NCBI GenBank assembly: GCA_024704765.1 | Contig: JAKMXF010000351.1 | Span: 1 to 64,000, forward strand | Length of the DNA stretch: 64,000 nt | DNA from: Oopsacas minuta | Taxonomy: Eukaryota > Animalia > Porifera | Reading direction: 5' to 3' | In this document: piece by piece, positions 13,747-26,333 of the stretch | How positions within the stretch are numbered: position 1 is the first letter of the stretch | How the letters are laid out: every line of letters begins with the position of its first letter | Made by a program: the position numbers and the translations under genes | Notes under the pieces: model-generated | The model's database searches: none | Told to the model about the DNA's origin: nothing | What the model saw: the letters and a program-made list of their open reading frames with translations, nothing else

Positions 13747-16681
13747 TTCCAATTGCAAAATAATTCGTTCTGACTATTGAAATGAAATTATTCGGATTTT
13801 AGCGATATGCATTGCCATAAGGGAACATTTTTGAAGGTGTGCAAAAGATAAAAGGCTGCCAACATGCGTAATATAAAATATGTTTTGTCCACAGTATAAT
13901 GTGATACAATAACAGTGGATCTTTCTAATTTCCTCCTGCGGGCCATGAGAGTCGACTCGGACAATTAGAGAACCGTGTGTACAACTACAGAAGTCGAAGT
14001 GAATTACGAATAGTATGAAGAAGTGAACAATTACAGAGAACCAACTGTATTTACTAACGAGCATTTTAGGCTTGGTAAAAATTGGATAACATGTTACTCT
14101 GTTCGGATAAGCGAGGCGTACTGTACATTGACGATTAGTGTATAGTTGTTCCAGGTACTAAAATTACCTAATAGTAGTGCACAATGGGGACAAATAGGTT
14201 CTTTAGTGGAAATATACATGTATATAATATAAACAAGGGGATTTTGAGGAAATTTCTAGCTTCCAGTGTGAAATTGCACCCTAATCAATTTCAGTATACA
14301 AAAATAAGTTATGAAACGATGTACTTATTCAAAAACTATCAATTCCAATCAATACCTAGCCACTTGGGCTGAAAGAAAGGGAAATAATTCATTGTTGGTA
14401 TAAATAATCCATTGTTAACACTTTCAAGACAAAATATTTAGTCTATCTTCTACTATCAGAAAAAGAGCGTTAATAATAACAACACTCAAAGTTTAAGTCC
14501 TGTTATTATTAACGTCATATTTCTAATAATTTAAGATCTGGGGGCGATTATAAAATATTGACACCTATAGTTCTAAAATTTGCCATATATGGAGATGTAC
14601 ATGTATTGTATATATCCATAGTAAATGTGTACAAAAATTATTATCCATTCCAATTTATGGGAGTATATGAAACAATAGAACTTCTTTGCCCCTTATCCTG
14701 ATATCGTTGAAGTGTTCAAGATATGTTGACACCTATCGTTGCAATTAGGCATATATTTCCCTTTACATCAAGGCAATGAATAAGTAATATTTAAGAATAT
14801 ATAGAATTTGGAAAATCTGAATATTTTCTGAAATACTAGTTTGGTGACACTTCTGCATAACTTCTGTTCTTTAGGATGTTTCGGAAAAAACATTTTTTAT
14901 GTAATATGTAATATAATCACTTTGGGTGAAGTTGGTGAGGTCTAAACTACTATATTTCTTTGATTGTACCAACAAAGTATAGAATTTAATGTCATTAACA
15001 GTTCACTATACGAGACGGCACAACAAATTTCAGTATAAAATATCTTGCAGACAGCGAAAAATCTTTTGAGTAAAAGTCAAGTTTAGTTGGTTCGAAATTA
15101 GAAACTAAACCAATATGACTGCGTTCAAAACGTTAATTTGATACTTCAGTGTACATGTTTCAGGACCTTTAATAGAAGTTCTGCCTACTAAGCGACAATG
15201 CCTAAAAATGGAACAATGTTAATAGAGCTATTATGATAAATGGCAGAACAAAATTCTGAGGAACAGACTAACATTCCTTACAATTACAACTTTAGGTATG
15301 AGCGCGCCTCGCTTGATCGCGCTATGCGGTTGCAAACAATTCGTGTCCACACTCGGGGATAAGGCCCTCGAGTACATAAACCCATGATTTTAACCGAAGC
15401 AAACATGGTAGTGCCATGATCATTACTTTATGTCCCCAAAGATGAAAAATATTTATGATTTGTTGTTTACAATATTATATTTGGACTCAGCATATTAGAT
15501 TACCCTAATAAAGCCGTCGAAAATATCAATCTACTAAGAATTTGAAATTTGCTTGCATTTTGTACCAAAAGTAAACAAATATTCACAAAATGTGGCTTAC
15601 AATATCATATTTGTATTCAGCATACTCGAATACCTCAGAATAACCTTGAAAGCATGTTTCTAACAAATTTTGACGTTTGTATACTTTGTACTCATAAAAA
15701 CAACAATAAATTTACTTGTAATAAATCCAAAAGTGTGAAAGTCGGATTCAGGATCTTCGATATATTTAGTGTACTTTTATTGAATTGTATTCACTTCCTA
15801 GATAAACACCATAGATTCATAGTTATGCCACTATCCCAAAATTGCTTACCATATATCTTTTCCTTGATAACGGACAACAAACAGACAACATTTGAGATTG
15901 AATACTATACATTATCAGTATTCGGCTACGCAGCTATTCATGAATACGTACTGATAATTTTTGAACGATGAAAACCATGATAATATATATATTCCTGAAA
16001 AATTGGAAAATGGTAGATTAGCTTAAGCCAGTATATGCACTCAATTTTCAATTGCATAACCCAAATCGGCTAAATTATGCACCTTTAAACATTTTAGGGA
16101 AATTTCTAAGCCATAATTTTGAAAATTTTCGAGGAAATTTTTCAAAATATACATACAACTGCCTATGTGCGCACAAATATTAGATAAAATCTTAGGAAAA
16201 CCATTGGTGTGGAGAGATATAGAGTCATTAGGGCTTTCTACTGAAACTCAATCTAAACCTTCAGCATTCAAACGGGTCGAGTTATGAGCGTTTGGAGTTG
16301 CTAATCAGCAAATATTTTTCTGTCACATAAATTCAAACCGTCGGCAAGTTTCGAAGCTACAAGTTCAGACTGAAATCCAGCAGAAATCCCTAGTAATCCT
16401 CCATTTCTCTATACCATTGGCTTTACAATATTAATACATTCGTTTCACTATAATTATAAGCAGTGTTATTATATGAATAATTCACTGCCTCAAAACCGAA
16501 ATCTTGCCTGTAAATAATTGAAATATAGCTCACAACTTATATATTAGCTTTGAACGAACTAACAGAGTTCAAAATAGCATAAGAACAGTATTTTTCTGTA
16601 TTATGGGAAGAATTACTTTTCTAGTATAAATACCCGCTTATGACTTTGATTCTATAGGCATCATTTGGTCCCTATTTAGTA

Positions 16682-17219
16682 CAGTGGAAGCAACTTAATC
16701 GGGACAACTCGGGAGTCAATGTTTTGTCCCGATTACCCGATTATGATATATTCAAGAACTCAAAACTAGGTTTCAAGTTTTCAGTTCATAACCAGAAATA
16801 TCTTATTACACTAATACTAAATCTTGATTAATATAGCGAGTAGCAAAAGTTAATAATCTTGGTTTGTAAATTGAAATCGAATCGGCGTTGTATTGTTATG
16901 GTTGTAGAATATTAAAATTCCCAGTGTTACAAACAAATCATATTACAATGATTCTGAATAAATATGCAATTGTTTAATTGGGATAAAATCCCAATTAAAC
17001 GAATATAATTTTCATATTCGTTAAATCAGGATAAGAATTCCCGATTAATCAATTATGGACTTTCAAATAATCGGTTAATCGGGATAAAAAATCACGATTA
17101 ACCTATTCGATGTCCCAATTATCCGATGATTATTCTATGTAAAAAATCTGTTCCCAAACCTTTGTCCCGTTTAAGCGGATATCCCGATTATCTGAGTCCC
17201 GATTAAGCAGCTTCCACCC
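16682..17219. mobile_element. pogo/Tigger-type MITE, 538 bp
   Basis: TIR CAGTGGAAGCAACTTAATCGGGAC vs GTCCCGATTAAGCAGCTTCCACCC, TA both sides, repeated subterminal CCCGATTAA motifs. Confidence 0.85.
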
Positions 17220-17232
17220 TATAATTACTAAA

Positions 17233-17255
17233 TCTATATTATGGAATTTCAATGA

Positions 17256-17291
<36 letters not shown>

Positions 17292-17296
17292 TTGTT
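17233..17296 (+). repeat. (TGTC)7(TGTT)3 microsatellite preceded by TCTATATT; possible non-autonomous Helitron 5' end
   Basis: The repeat is certain; the Helitron assignment rests only on the TC start plus CAGA-type microsatellite resemblance. Confidence 0.5.
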
Positions 17297-19649
17297 CGTT
17301 GTCAAGGAAAAGATTAACGGTGTGCAATATTGAAATTGTCGCAACTATGATTAATCGTGTTAATCAAGGAGGTAAAAAATTCAATTAAACTTCACTAAAA
17401 TATATCGAACATGATGAATCGGATTTCACACTTTTGGATGAATCATATGTAAATTAACATTGACAAGTATTACAATTGGCATTCAAAAAGTTCCCAACCA
17501 ATCATATATATTTTGTAACTAAACAGAATACCAAGCTCTGTCTAAGTTCACATATTCTCGAAATAATCACCTTTATTATCTAGGATCGTTTTATACGAGC
17601 CAATCAGTCGAATAATTCATATTTATTGTATGCAGGTGGGATGGGGTCAGGTGAGTAGGGTGGATCTTCTACCTCGCTGACTCTCATTCTTTCCAGTTCA
17701 GACTTTACCAGCATGGTATTGCATGATGTATAGAATCGTGCTATAATCTCAAACCCGCACGCACTACTTTGGTATCCGCTCACAATAGTGTTTGTAAACC
17801 GTATATAAATATCTATTGACACAAAAGTCTCCAACTACCTCCTTGAAATTATTATGTGGGAAACCGACAAAAGGTTCCACTCAATATGTGCATCAAACAT
17901 ATTGTGTAGAACCTTATGATCCCTGAAATCAAGCCTCTAGTCAACTGGAAGCACTCCCCTTTTAAGCACCATACCAAATATATTTCCTTGGATAGCTGTT
18001 CATCGTATCGTTTCCAGGTTTCATCACCAGTACAGTAAACATTGGATTTAACGACACCCGTTTGGGCAGTCAAAAAAGGTCGCTATTTCCGATTTGTCGC
18101 TAAATCCGAAGAAGCTTTGAATATGCATTATATACCTGATAACACTCAAATTTATCCATGTCAAACGATGTAGTATACGAGGGGCTCTCAATGGGGCGCT
18201 GCCGCGCCCCCAGAGGGTGTTCGGAGAGCCCAAGTGGGCGATAGGTTCCAAAGGGCGAGGTGAGGGCGTGCTGGGAGAATATTTGAAATCATAAATATTG
18301 TCTAAATTTTGATAAATTATTTAATTTTATCAAGAGAGGGTTATATATAGTATAGTATTACATGAATAAACGATCCAGTTTTTCGATAGTCAAGCCAGTC
18401 AATTACTAAGGCACTTGTTTGAAATCAAAATACCGTGACTGTCATAAACAAATAATAATGAGTACTTAGCACAATGAAATTCAAACAGGATTCATATTAT
18501 AAATGCATCATTAGTGTCATAAATGACCAATAACAAACTCCTCCCGTCATTGATACTATTCGAATTAGTGTAAATAGGATTGGAGGAATATTGGAAATTC
18601 GAAATTGCCACTATATCTCAATTATAATTAATCACAAACTATATCATATTGCAAAATAGATAAATGGCTATTTCTGGTGAAAAGTAATGTCAACGATATT
18701 CCGTCGATTATTTGCGGTATGGCTTTATCCCTTCACCATCTATTTGTCAACTTCCTATGTGTCTGATTTGCGAACATGTTTTTCCAATGAAGCAATGAAA
18801 CCATCACGATTGAAAGAACATTTTTCGATAAAACATCCTGACTATAGCAACAAAGACATTGCTTTTTTGAAAATTTAAATGCTAAAATAGTGAAACGAAA
18901 TACCCTTTCTAACATGTCCAAGAAAGGAATACTAAAACAAAGACGGAATGTTAGCGCCATACAATATTTCCAATTTAATTGCAAAAGATGGGAAACCATA
19001 TAGTATTGGCGAGACACTCATTCTTCCTGCTATTTCAGAAGTTATCTCAACTGTGATGAACCAGAATGCCGCCGAGATTCTTAGATCCATCCCATTAAGT
19101 ACTGATACAGTTGCTAGGAGAATTGACGAGATGGCAAATGATGTGAAAACTCAGTTAATTCACATAGTCCAAACTACAGAATTTAGCCTACAATTAGACG
19201 AGTCAACTCTCTGTGACAATGAAGCACTATTACTAGGATACGCACGCTTTACAAAGACGGAGCAACATCAGAAGAGTTTCTATTTGCCAAATCACTAGTG
19301 ATCGATACGAGGGGAGAATCCATATTTAAAGTGGTTCAATCATTTTTTGAACACCACGAAATACCCTTGTCGAACATTATCGCATCCTCAAGGATGATGC
19401 TCTTTAAACGATTGGTTGCTATCGTGGAAGGCAGTTCCTAGCGTATTTTCCATACATTGTGTGATACACCGTCAACAATTGGTAACCAAGAAGCTTAGTG
19501 TTCAGCTAAATTCATCACTACAAGTAGTCATCAGTGCAATTAACAGTATCAAAACACGTGAACTAAAAGATCTTCTTTCTCGACAGCTTTGCCATGAGAA
19601 TGATGGACATTTCGAACAACTTCTCCTTCACACAGAAGTCCGATGGTTG

Positions 19650-22600
19650 CACAGTGGGCTATTATTGCGAATTACTAGTATTAGGGTTTTACGCGTTCAA
19701 TTTTAGAGATAGGCTTATAAAATACATTATTACTGTATAGTAAGTCGACTATTGCGGTTCTTTAGTTGATTTCAATTTTGTTGTATCACATCAGATTTTC
19801 AATATATGACGTAATCGTAATTACGATATACAGTAATACAGAAATCTAGATATTCACTAAACTGAGTTTTTATTAGAAGAAATAGAATATGAATATATAA
19901 TGGCTATGGTAACTGAAGAATAACTAACATACGAATATCTTACTGATGAATTAATGTTAAATGCAAGAAGAGTTCATCTATGGAATTTTGAAGGAGAGAA
20001 TCTCCATTATCAATATTATTTGTAACGTTCATTCAGAATTGGACAACCATAGATGTAGAGCCTCATTGCAACATCACTTAACCCACTTAGAAAAACTGAT
20101 TTCCTGCTCAAATGTGTTGAGAACTCTCGGATCAACTTATGTCCTTGTTCTAACCCTTTTTCAGAAAGACTACACAATCCTACCCTCTAATTTCTCTCAA
20201 TAAACTGATGGGCATGAGCCAAGAATTTGTGGAGTATTGCTAATAGATACCCAGGGAAAGGCTTGTAAGATTAGTATGTAGGTTTCTTGACTTAACACAC
20301 GAAATCTGTCTACATCGACAACTTCATTACTATAGCAACTCTGAGTAATGCAGATAGATTCCTGTGAATCTCTGTCAGAGCATCTCTATACACATTTGGT
20401 ACAAACGATAAAGCAATCCTAAAACACGGTTTTTTATATGAAAAAAATGTTCTTGCCATGTTGCCAGTGCTTGTGTTTCCACTTCCTCCTGGTTGGTCGA
20501 ATAATAAGTTCGTAAGCTCATGGATACGCTTGCATACTAAACCTCGATAATCTCGCACCATTTGATCTTCAGTCCACTTGGACTTTCCTGCTGCAATTCG
20601 GTAGATGAGGTTCAAAAACCAATCTACAATCCTTAGGTAAGAATGTAAAGGTGCTGCAGGAAATATATCAATGCCACTTGCAGATTCGTGTGTAATCCCA
20701 CACCGCTCCTTTGTATTGTAGCTCATCAGCTCTTTTCCATCAGAGGTTAATTGACGGATTGTCTCTTTGATATCCTCTATCGAACAATCTAAAGGAAACC
20801 CGCAAACCACTTTCGTAATGCTATTGATATCACTTCGGGTTGCTTTGCAGGCAATACATGGCGCTCCTCCTTTATCTGTCATTGTTGCTAAGGTTTTTCC
20901 GTCAAACATTGAAGCTTTGACTTCTACTTTAACATGGCCATTTAGGTGATCAAAACCATCCTCATTTAGTGAAACAATTTCAGGGTTTAGTAACTTGCTC
21001 AATTCTATCACAGTGTCAATAGTCTCCTTTTGGCTAATAAGTGCAACTGGTTGGTTGGAAAAACAGGAGTTAGGATGCCTATTTTCCCACAGAACATTCC
21101 CGAATCGATCTATTACCTGAAGGGGTGAAACCATGAAGACAATATAATTTGATTGGTCTATATTCAAGTCTGACAATAACCCAGGAGAGGAATGAGATCC
21201 AGAAGCATCCAGTCCATGCTTGATTTTGAGTGTTAATGGATAGAAGTGTGGTGCAGGAAAATTTAGCAAACATTCTTTTAACAACCGGTCAAAGAGAGAA
21301 ATTACATGTGATGAGTAAGATATATAGACCCCTATAGGATTGGAAACATTTGGATACCAGTCGAATGTTGGAACAATTGATTTTCTAATTTCACTAATTT
21401 TTTCCCAAGTTGCCAAAACGAGGCCTTCTGATTGGAGATAATATTTAAGATCTCTCCCTTTTCCTTTTCCCAGCTTAAGTTGCTATGCTAAGAATGTTGA
21501 TTTTTCTGGTGAAACTATGTTACTGAGGGTTGGTGTCGATTCTTCGTTATAGATTTTCCAAGCGATATTTGCGATGCCTTTAAAACCAATTTGTTCTACA
21601 GCTACAATATACAGGAGGAGAGCAACGTAGCGAATGACAGAAATATTTTCAAGTTGTGCTAACTGACGGATGGAAGTAAGTATCCCAGTCTGATCAAGCC
21701 TTATCTTCTTTGAACGAACTTGAATGTCATCAATTGATTTTCTCCTCTCTACATTTGGAACCAATATAGGACCGCTTTCTACATCACAGCCTGAAACAGA
21801 AAGGGATGATTGGGTACTCTTAGGTTTAACAAGCATCCATGGAATACTTGCACTCCACCATTCACCATCTAAGCTCTCAATAGATTTCTTACTCTTTCTG
21901 AAATTATGTGATACTTTAGACATTAGAGAGTATACAGAATGTCTCTTGTCTTCCTCGAGATTTAGTATACGCACCACTTCATCTGTTGCTTGATTGATAT
22001 CATAGTCGTGAACCTTTGATATGATAGCCAAGTCAAGACGTGTTTTCGGGCTTTCAGATACTATTGTTGCTTCAGCCATCTTTAAATTGATAATTAGAGG
22101 TTTAATAGGTTATCAAATTAATGAACTTGTATGCTAACTCGTAATATGCAGTATATATAAATAATTATTACGTTATATTGGTGTAAAATTACCATGTAAT
22201 TACATTACATTGTACCATAGCAACGTAGAAGTGAGAATAGAATTTGACAATATTTAATATGTTGCGCAATGAAGCGGTATTTGTACTTTAAATATAATGT
22301 TTATATTACTTGATAAGAATACATACTAAAAATTCAGGGTGAAACTAGTGGAAACAAATTTTGTTGCCAACAAGATGGCTTATGGCCGAGAGAAATTTCT
22401 ACAAAATTTTCATAGTATTGTATACGTAATATCTGATTAATCTTTTCGCTCCTGAAGAAATTCAACGATAGATTCAAATTTAGCGCACTCACTTTGCTTG
22501 GAAAGCATGTAAATGAACAATAGTATGCATCATAAATTCTACAGATTACTGAAATAGCTTCAAGCATTTATATAATGGATGTATAAACATAGAATACAGC

Positions 22601-22766
22601 AATGAAGTCCTACATTTGATTGACCACAAAAATAGAAATACTTAACTGTTTCATCTGATACTTTACATATAGCTTGTTGAATATATCTAGAATCTAATTC
22701 AAAATTCAAAATGGTATAAATTGAAGGTAAGAATTTGGGCCTAATGTACCCTAGTAGCCCACTGTG
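19650..22766 (-). mobile_element. RAG1-like / Transib-superfamily transposon, 3117 bp, both ends present
   Basis: Both ends begin CACAGTGGGCTA (12 bp identical, 14/15); TGGTTG duplicated on both flanks; removing it restores the hAT reading frame RWL-SKG. Confidence 0.95.
20016..22079 (-). pseudogene. RAG1-like/Transib transposase, about 690 codons, 2 in-frame stops and 2 frameshifts
   Basis: ORFs 21483-22079 and 20310-21416 are in the same frame, separated by one TAG; motifs KHGLDASG (D600-like), LWENRHPNS, SMFDGK (D708-like), CIAC, PLHSYL, GNTSTGNMAR, HKFLAH, LSEKGLEQGHK (E962-like). Confidence 0.92.
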
Positions 22767-24893
22767 TGGTTGTCAAAGGGAAACTTATTAAAACGGTCAT
22801 GAATTATTTGATACCATAGTCCAGTTTCTGGATGGCTTTAATCCCTAACTATCCGATGAAATCAAAATAAGAAAGCACGATATCGCTTATCTTGATGGCA
22901 TTTTGATAAGTTGAATTCGTTAAATCTACAACAGCAAGGCCAGGATGTAACTTGATCAAACGAAGTCTCTCGTTGTAGCTTTCATAAGTAAACTAGCTTT
23001 GTATAAGCAGAATATTTGTCGCAGAGACTTTTACCAGTTCCCTTCTCTGCAAGCAGTTCCTGATATAACTGATGTTCAACTAAGTACATATGCTTTGCAT
23101 CTCGAATCAATGAGTGAAGATATGTAAATCCGATTTAAGGACTTAACCCAGCTGATCGTACCAGATTGGGTAATGAACCTATTATATGTAGACCCACAGA
23201 TGGTAGAGTTAGAAATTCAAGAACAACTAGCTGACCTCCAAGCAGATATCGAAGCTCTAATAGAAATTAATCAACTTGGTTATTCGAGCTTTTAGGGTGT
23301 AAACGAAGAATATTTTGCGTATGCCGTTATTATGGCAGAGGATGAAGCTTCTAATTGTTGCATTTCCTACTTCCTACTTAGTTGAGAAGGGCTTTAGCGG
23401 AGTAACAAGGCTATATACCAAACAGCGAAATAGATTGCGGCACACGAAATCAGGCGATCTACGTTTAATGTTAACTAAACTTGAATCAGGTGTGGCAAAC
23501 TTGCAGGTAAGCACCAATGTCAGGGATCCCAATAATCAGGAACATCAGACATAATAATAAAAAACTGTTAATGAACTTTGATCTTCTATACACTATCATA
23601 ACTGATAATACTTTTACAAAGTAACGAATGTGTGGTCTAAATTTGTTGTAGTATGTTTAGTTAGTATTACGAGAAGGGGGCGCTGGAAAAATTTAAACTG
23701 CTTAAGTAGACAGTAAGTGGAAAAGGTTGAGAAACACTGTAGTATACTATGTTGTTCTATTATCATCATCATAATGTCATAAACATGATTAGTTTGACTT
23801 GAAAAGCTGAGTCGATTGCAGCAGGCCTCAATAACTACTGACTTTCTACCAATAAGTTTGCAGTTCGCTGACAAACTGAATCTGTTTCTCCGCACGAATC
23901 CATGACGATGAAATTTTAGCATTATCTTGTACGTACAATAGCTTCAAATTTGCATTTCGTAAGAAGCCAGGTGCTGTTGATTCAAAACAGGGGAGATTTT
24001 AATTGGTTTATAATTGAATTAATTATTTCAATCTGAATAATTTACTAATTACTACACTTTTCTGAAGTCCATGGTACAGACAGCCGAAAAGTCGTAATAT
24101 CCGATGGGATTTGCATGGAGCAGGCATAGAAAATATGTCGCTAAATGCATTGTGTCGTTATCTAACCGGTCGTTATACCCGAGGTATGGTGTGTGCAGAA
24201 TAATGCTGCAAGACTCTGGGCAAGCACAATGAGTCGTTATAAACGATTTGTCGTTAAAGCCGATGTCGTTAAACTCAATGTTTACTGTAAATATTCAAGT
24301 TAGAAGTCTGGGATCAGAATCCTCGTACTCTGAGAGTAGTTTTTTATCGCACATTTCCCGATTGTCATTTGGGAATTTATGAGGGATTGTGGGATCCACC
24401 TTGAAGATGTTTTCGTAACTTTTAGTCAATCTAAGAGAATGGTATAAGTAGCTCCCGTTGAAGACCCACACTTATAGATAGCCACTCAACTGTGATATGG
24501 GACCTATTCCACCATCTGGGCAATTTCGCGGTCATTCTGCTGATATAACTGCGGTTCTTTGTCGTCCGCTGCGATAGTCATCTTCTAACGACTGCTGCTC
24601 CTCACGAAATTGCTTGGACCACCCTCTCACACTGGCATATGAATGGCTAGCATCTGTATAAACTACTTCCAACCCGAAGCCTTTACAACCAAAACCAGGA
24701 AAAGTCCGAATTTTGATATATGCGAGGTGTTTGTTAAGTTCATGGGCTGATATAGAAACACCTAAGAAGCTTTAAACTCCATCTATGTAGCTATCAACAC
24801 TTTTATGCTTGTAAATTTACTATGCAGTCAAATCATTGAGTACTTTCGTTTCTTGCGATATATTTATGTCGTCAAGTAAGGAATAAGGTAGTA

Positions 24894-25074
24894 CAGGGTT
24901 TCATCCAGGCGTTGCGACGTGCCTTAAGGTGCATAAATTTCAGCGAAAATTGGTCTAGGCGCGTCAATCCTCCAGCAACACCCCATAACGTGATAAAACA
25001 CGTATACTCTGGGCGGGCGTAAAATGAGAGGGAAAACTTTAGGCATATGGTTCAGAAAGCTGGATGAAACCCTG
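24894..25074. mobile_element. 181-bp MITE with 15-bp TIR and apparent 5-bp TSD
   Basis: CAGGGTTTCATCCAG / CTGGATGAAACCCTG; TAGTA on both flanks. Confidence 0.85.
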
Positions 25075-25176
25075 TAGTAGAGCATGCACAAATTTGCATG
25101 ATATGAAATGATGAATTCAGTATATTGAGGAGTTTAACTTTACTATTACCTTACACTATAAAATGAAACTAATATA

Positions 25177-26333
25177 CAGTGCCAGTCAAAAAGAATTGCT
25201 CAAAATGAATGTATACAGTATAGTAAATGTCAAATTGTATACACTGACCAAATGGTTGAATTCTTGCGAAACTATACTCAGCCATATGTATTATGACAAG
25301 GACACACCAACACAGTTAATCTACTCATTATATTTGGACAAGTTACAGATTTCATTTTGCATGCTTTTTTTCGAATTTATCTGTTTTTATCGAATTTTCG
25401 ATGCCTTTTAAACCCCGAATTTCCATTGAAAATCGAGCCAACCTGATACTACTTTCAGAAAGTGGACATACTCAGAGGGAGGTAGCTAAAATGGTTGGGT
25501 GTAGCCAAAAAAATGCAGCCGAGATCCTTAAGATACGCAGGCTAACTGGCACAAGAGACCTCGCTATTCCGGGTAGGCCTCGTGTCACAACCAAAAGGCA
25601 AGACAATTTATTAGTCAGAAAATGCAAAAAGGATCGATTTAAGACTGCTACTCAGATCAAAGGTGAAGTATTATCAGAATATTCGATAAAACTTTCCACT
25701 TCACCAGTTCAGAGAAGGTTACGAGGGGTTGGACTGTTCGGAAGAAAACCGCGAAGGAAGCCCCGTTTACTACCAAGCACAAAAGAAACCGACTTTCCTT
25801 CACAAGATCGCACAAGAAATGGAATACTGAAGAATGGGCAAGAGTTGTGTTCAGTGACGAATCTAAGTTCCTTCTGTATACTAATGATGGAAGAGCCTAT
25901 GTGAGAAGGATGAAAGGGGAGAAGTTCTCAGAGAGGTGTTTTCAAGAAATTTGCAAGCTTGGTGGAGGTGGCATCATGGTTTCGGGATGCTTTTGATGGA
26001 TGACGGAGGAATCTTGTGGCAGGTATCTGGGAACCTCAAGACAAATTCTTACATTGATATTTGGAAATGTACTAATCCCAAGCGTTGATTTGCATTCTCT
26101 ACATTCTAGATGGACCTTTCAGCAAGACAACGCCCCATGCCATAGGTCAAGGGTACTAAGCAATGATTTGGTGAGCAAAAATAGAGGTTATGAATTGGCC
26201 TGCTCAGTCACCTGATCTAAATTCGATTGAGAATCTTTGGGATCACATTTCCTTCAGAATTCAAGAGAAAAGCCCATCCAACCACTTAGTGATGTGGAAT
26301 TCCATATTAGGCACTTGGGATAGCATCGACATT
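25177..26333 (+). mobile_element. Tc1 (DD34E) element copy B, 3'-truncated
   Basis: TA + CAGTGCCAGTCAAAAAGAATTG; collinear with copy A up to GACATT; flanks differ from copy A. Confidence 0.95.

Larger units (their letters stand above)
18179..23739 (+). mobile_element. hAT Buster-type element, transposase pseudogene split by the RAG1-like element
   Basis: Perfect 8-bp TSD TAGTATAC at 18171-18178 and 23740-23747; ends GAGGGGCTCTCAA / TTGAGAAACACTG; motifs FSNEAMKPSRLKEHF, FSLQLDEST, HCVIHRQQL, HTEVRWL-SKGNLLKR, FPTSYLVEKGFS. Confidence 0.95.
18033..24287. mobile_element. pogo/Tigger-type MITE (about 680 bp without cargo) carrying the hAT insertion
   Basis: 24-bp TIR CAGTAAACATTGGATTTAACGACA vs CAGTAAACATTGAGTTTAACGACA (22/24), TA TSD, subterminal GTCGTTA repeats. 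Confidence 0.9.
17473..24752 (-). mobile_element. mariner (DD34D) relic split by nested insertions: coding pieces about 24752-24290 and 18030-17600
   Basis: Rejoined across the TA at 18031/24288: YIKIRT..EVVYTDA..SLEDDYRSGR..RWIPQSL..LLSEYEDSDPRLLT*IF-TGDETW ... EDPPYSPD; candidate 3' TIR at 17473 is weak. Confidence 0.85.

Noticed and set aside
14100-14127. Solitary Tigger-like TIR (TTCGGATAAGCGAGGCGTACTGTA)
   Set aside because: No partner end or internal sequence found, so no element could be delimited
15549-15971. 140-aa ORF as a host gene
   Set aside because: TTG start, low-complexity AT-rich composition, no recognisable motif
19650-22766. ProtoRAG-type RAG1L+RAG2L pair
   Set aside because: Only about 370 bp lies 3' and about 690 bp 5' of the RAG1-like gene, with no kelch/PHD-like ORF, so there is no room for RAG2L
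19650-22766. Full 12/23 RSS with nonamer
   Set aside because: After a 12-bp spacer one end reads ACATTAGGC (5/9 to ACAAAAACC); after 23 bp the other reads ATTAGGGTT (2/9). Shared ATTAGG and TTCAATTT motifs have inconsistent offsets (9 and 5 bp) and may be chance
6985-26333. Segmental duplication explaining the two Tc1 copies
   Set aside because: Similarity stops at the TA/TIR boundary and the flanks are unrelated
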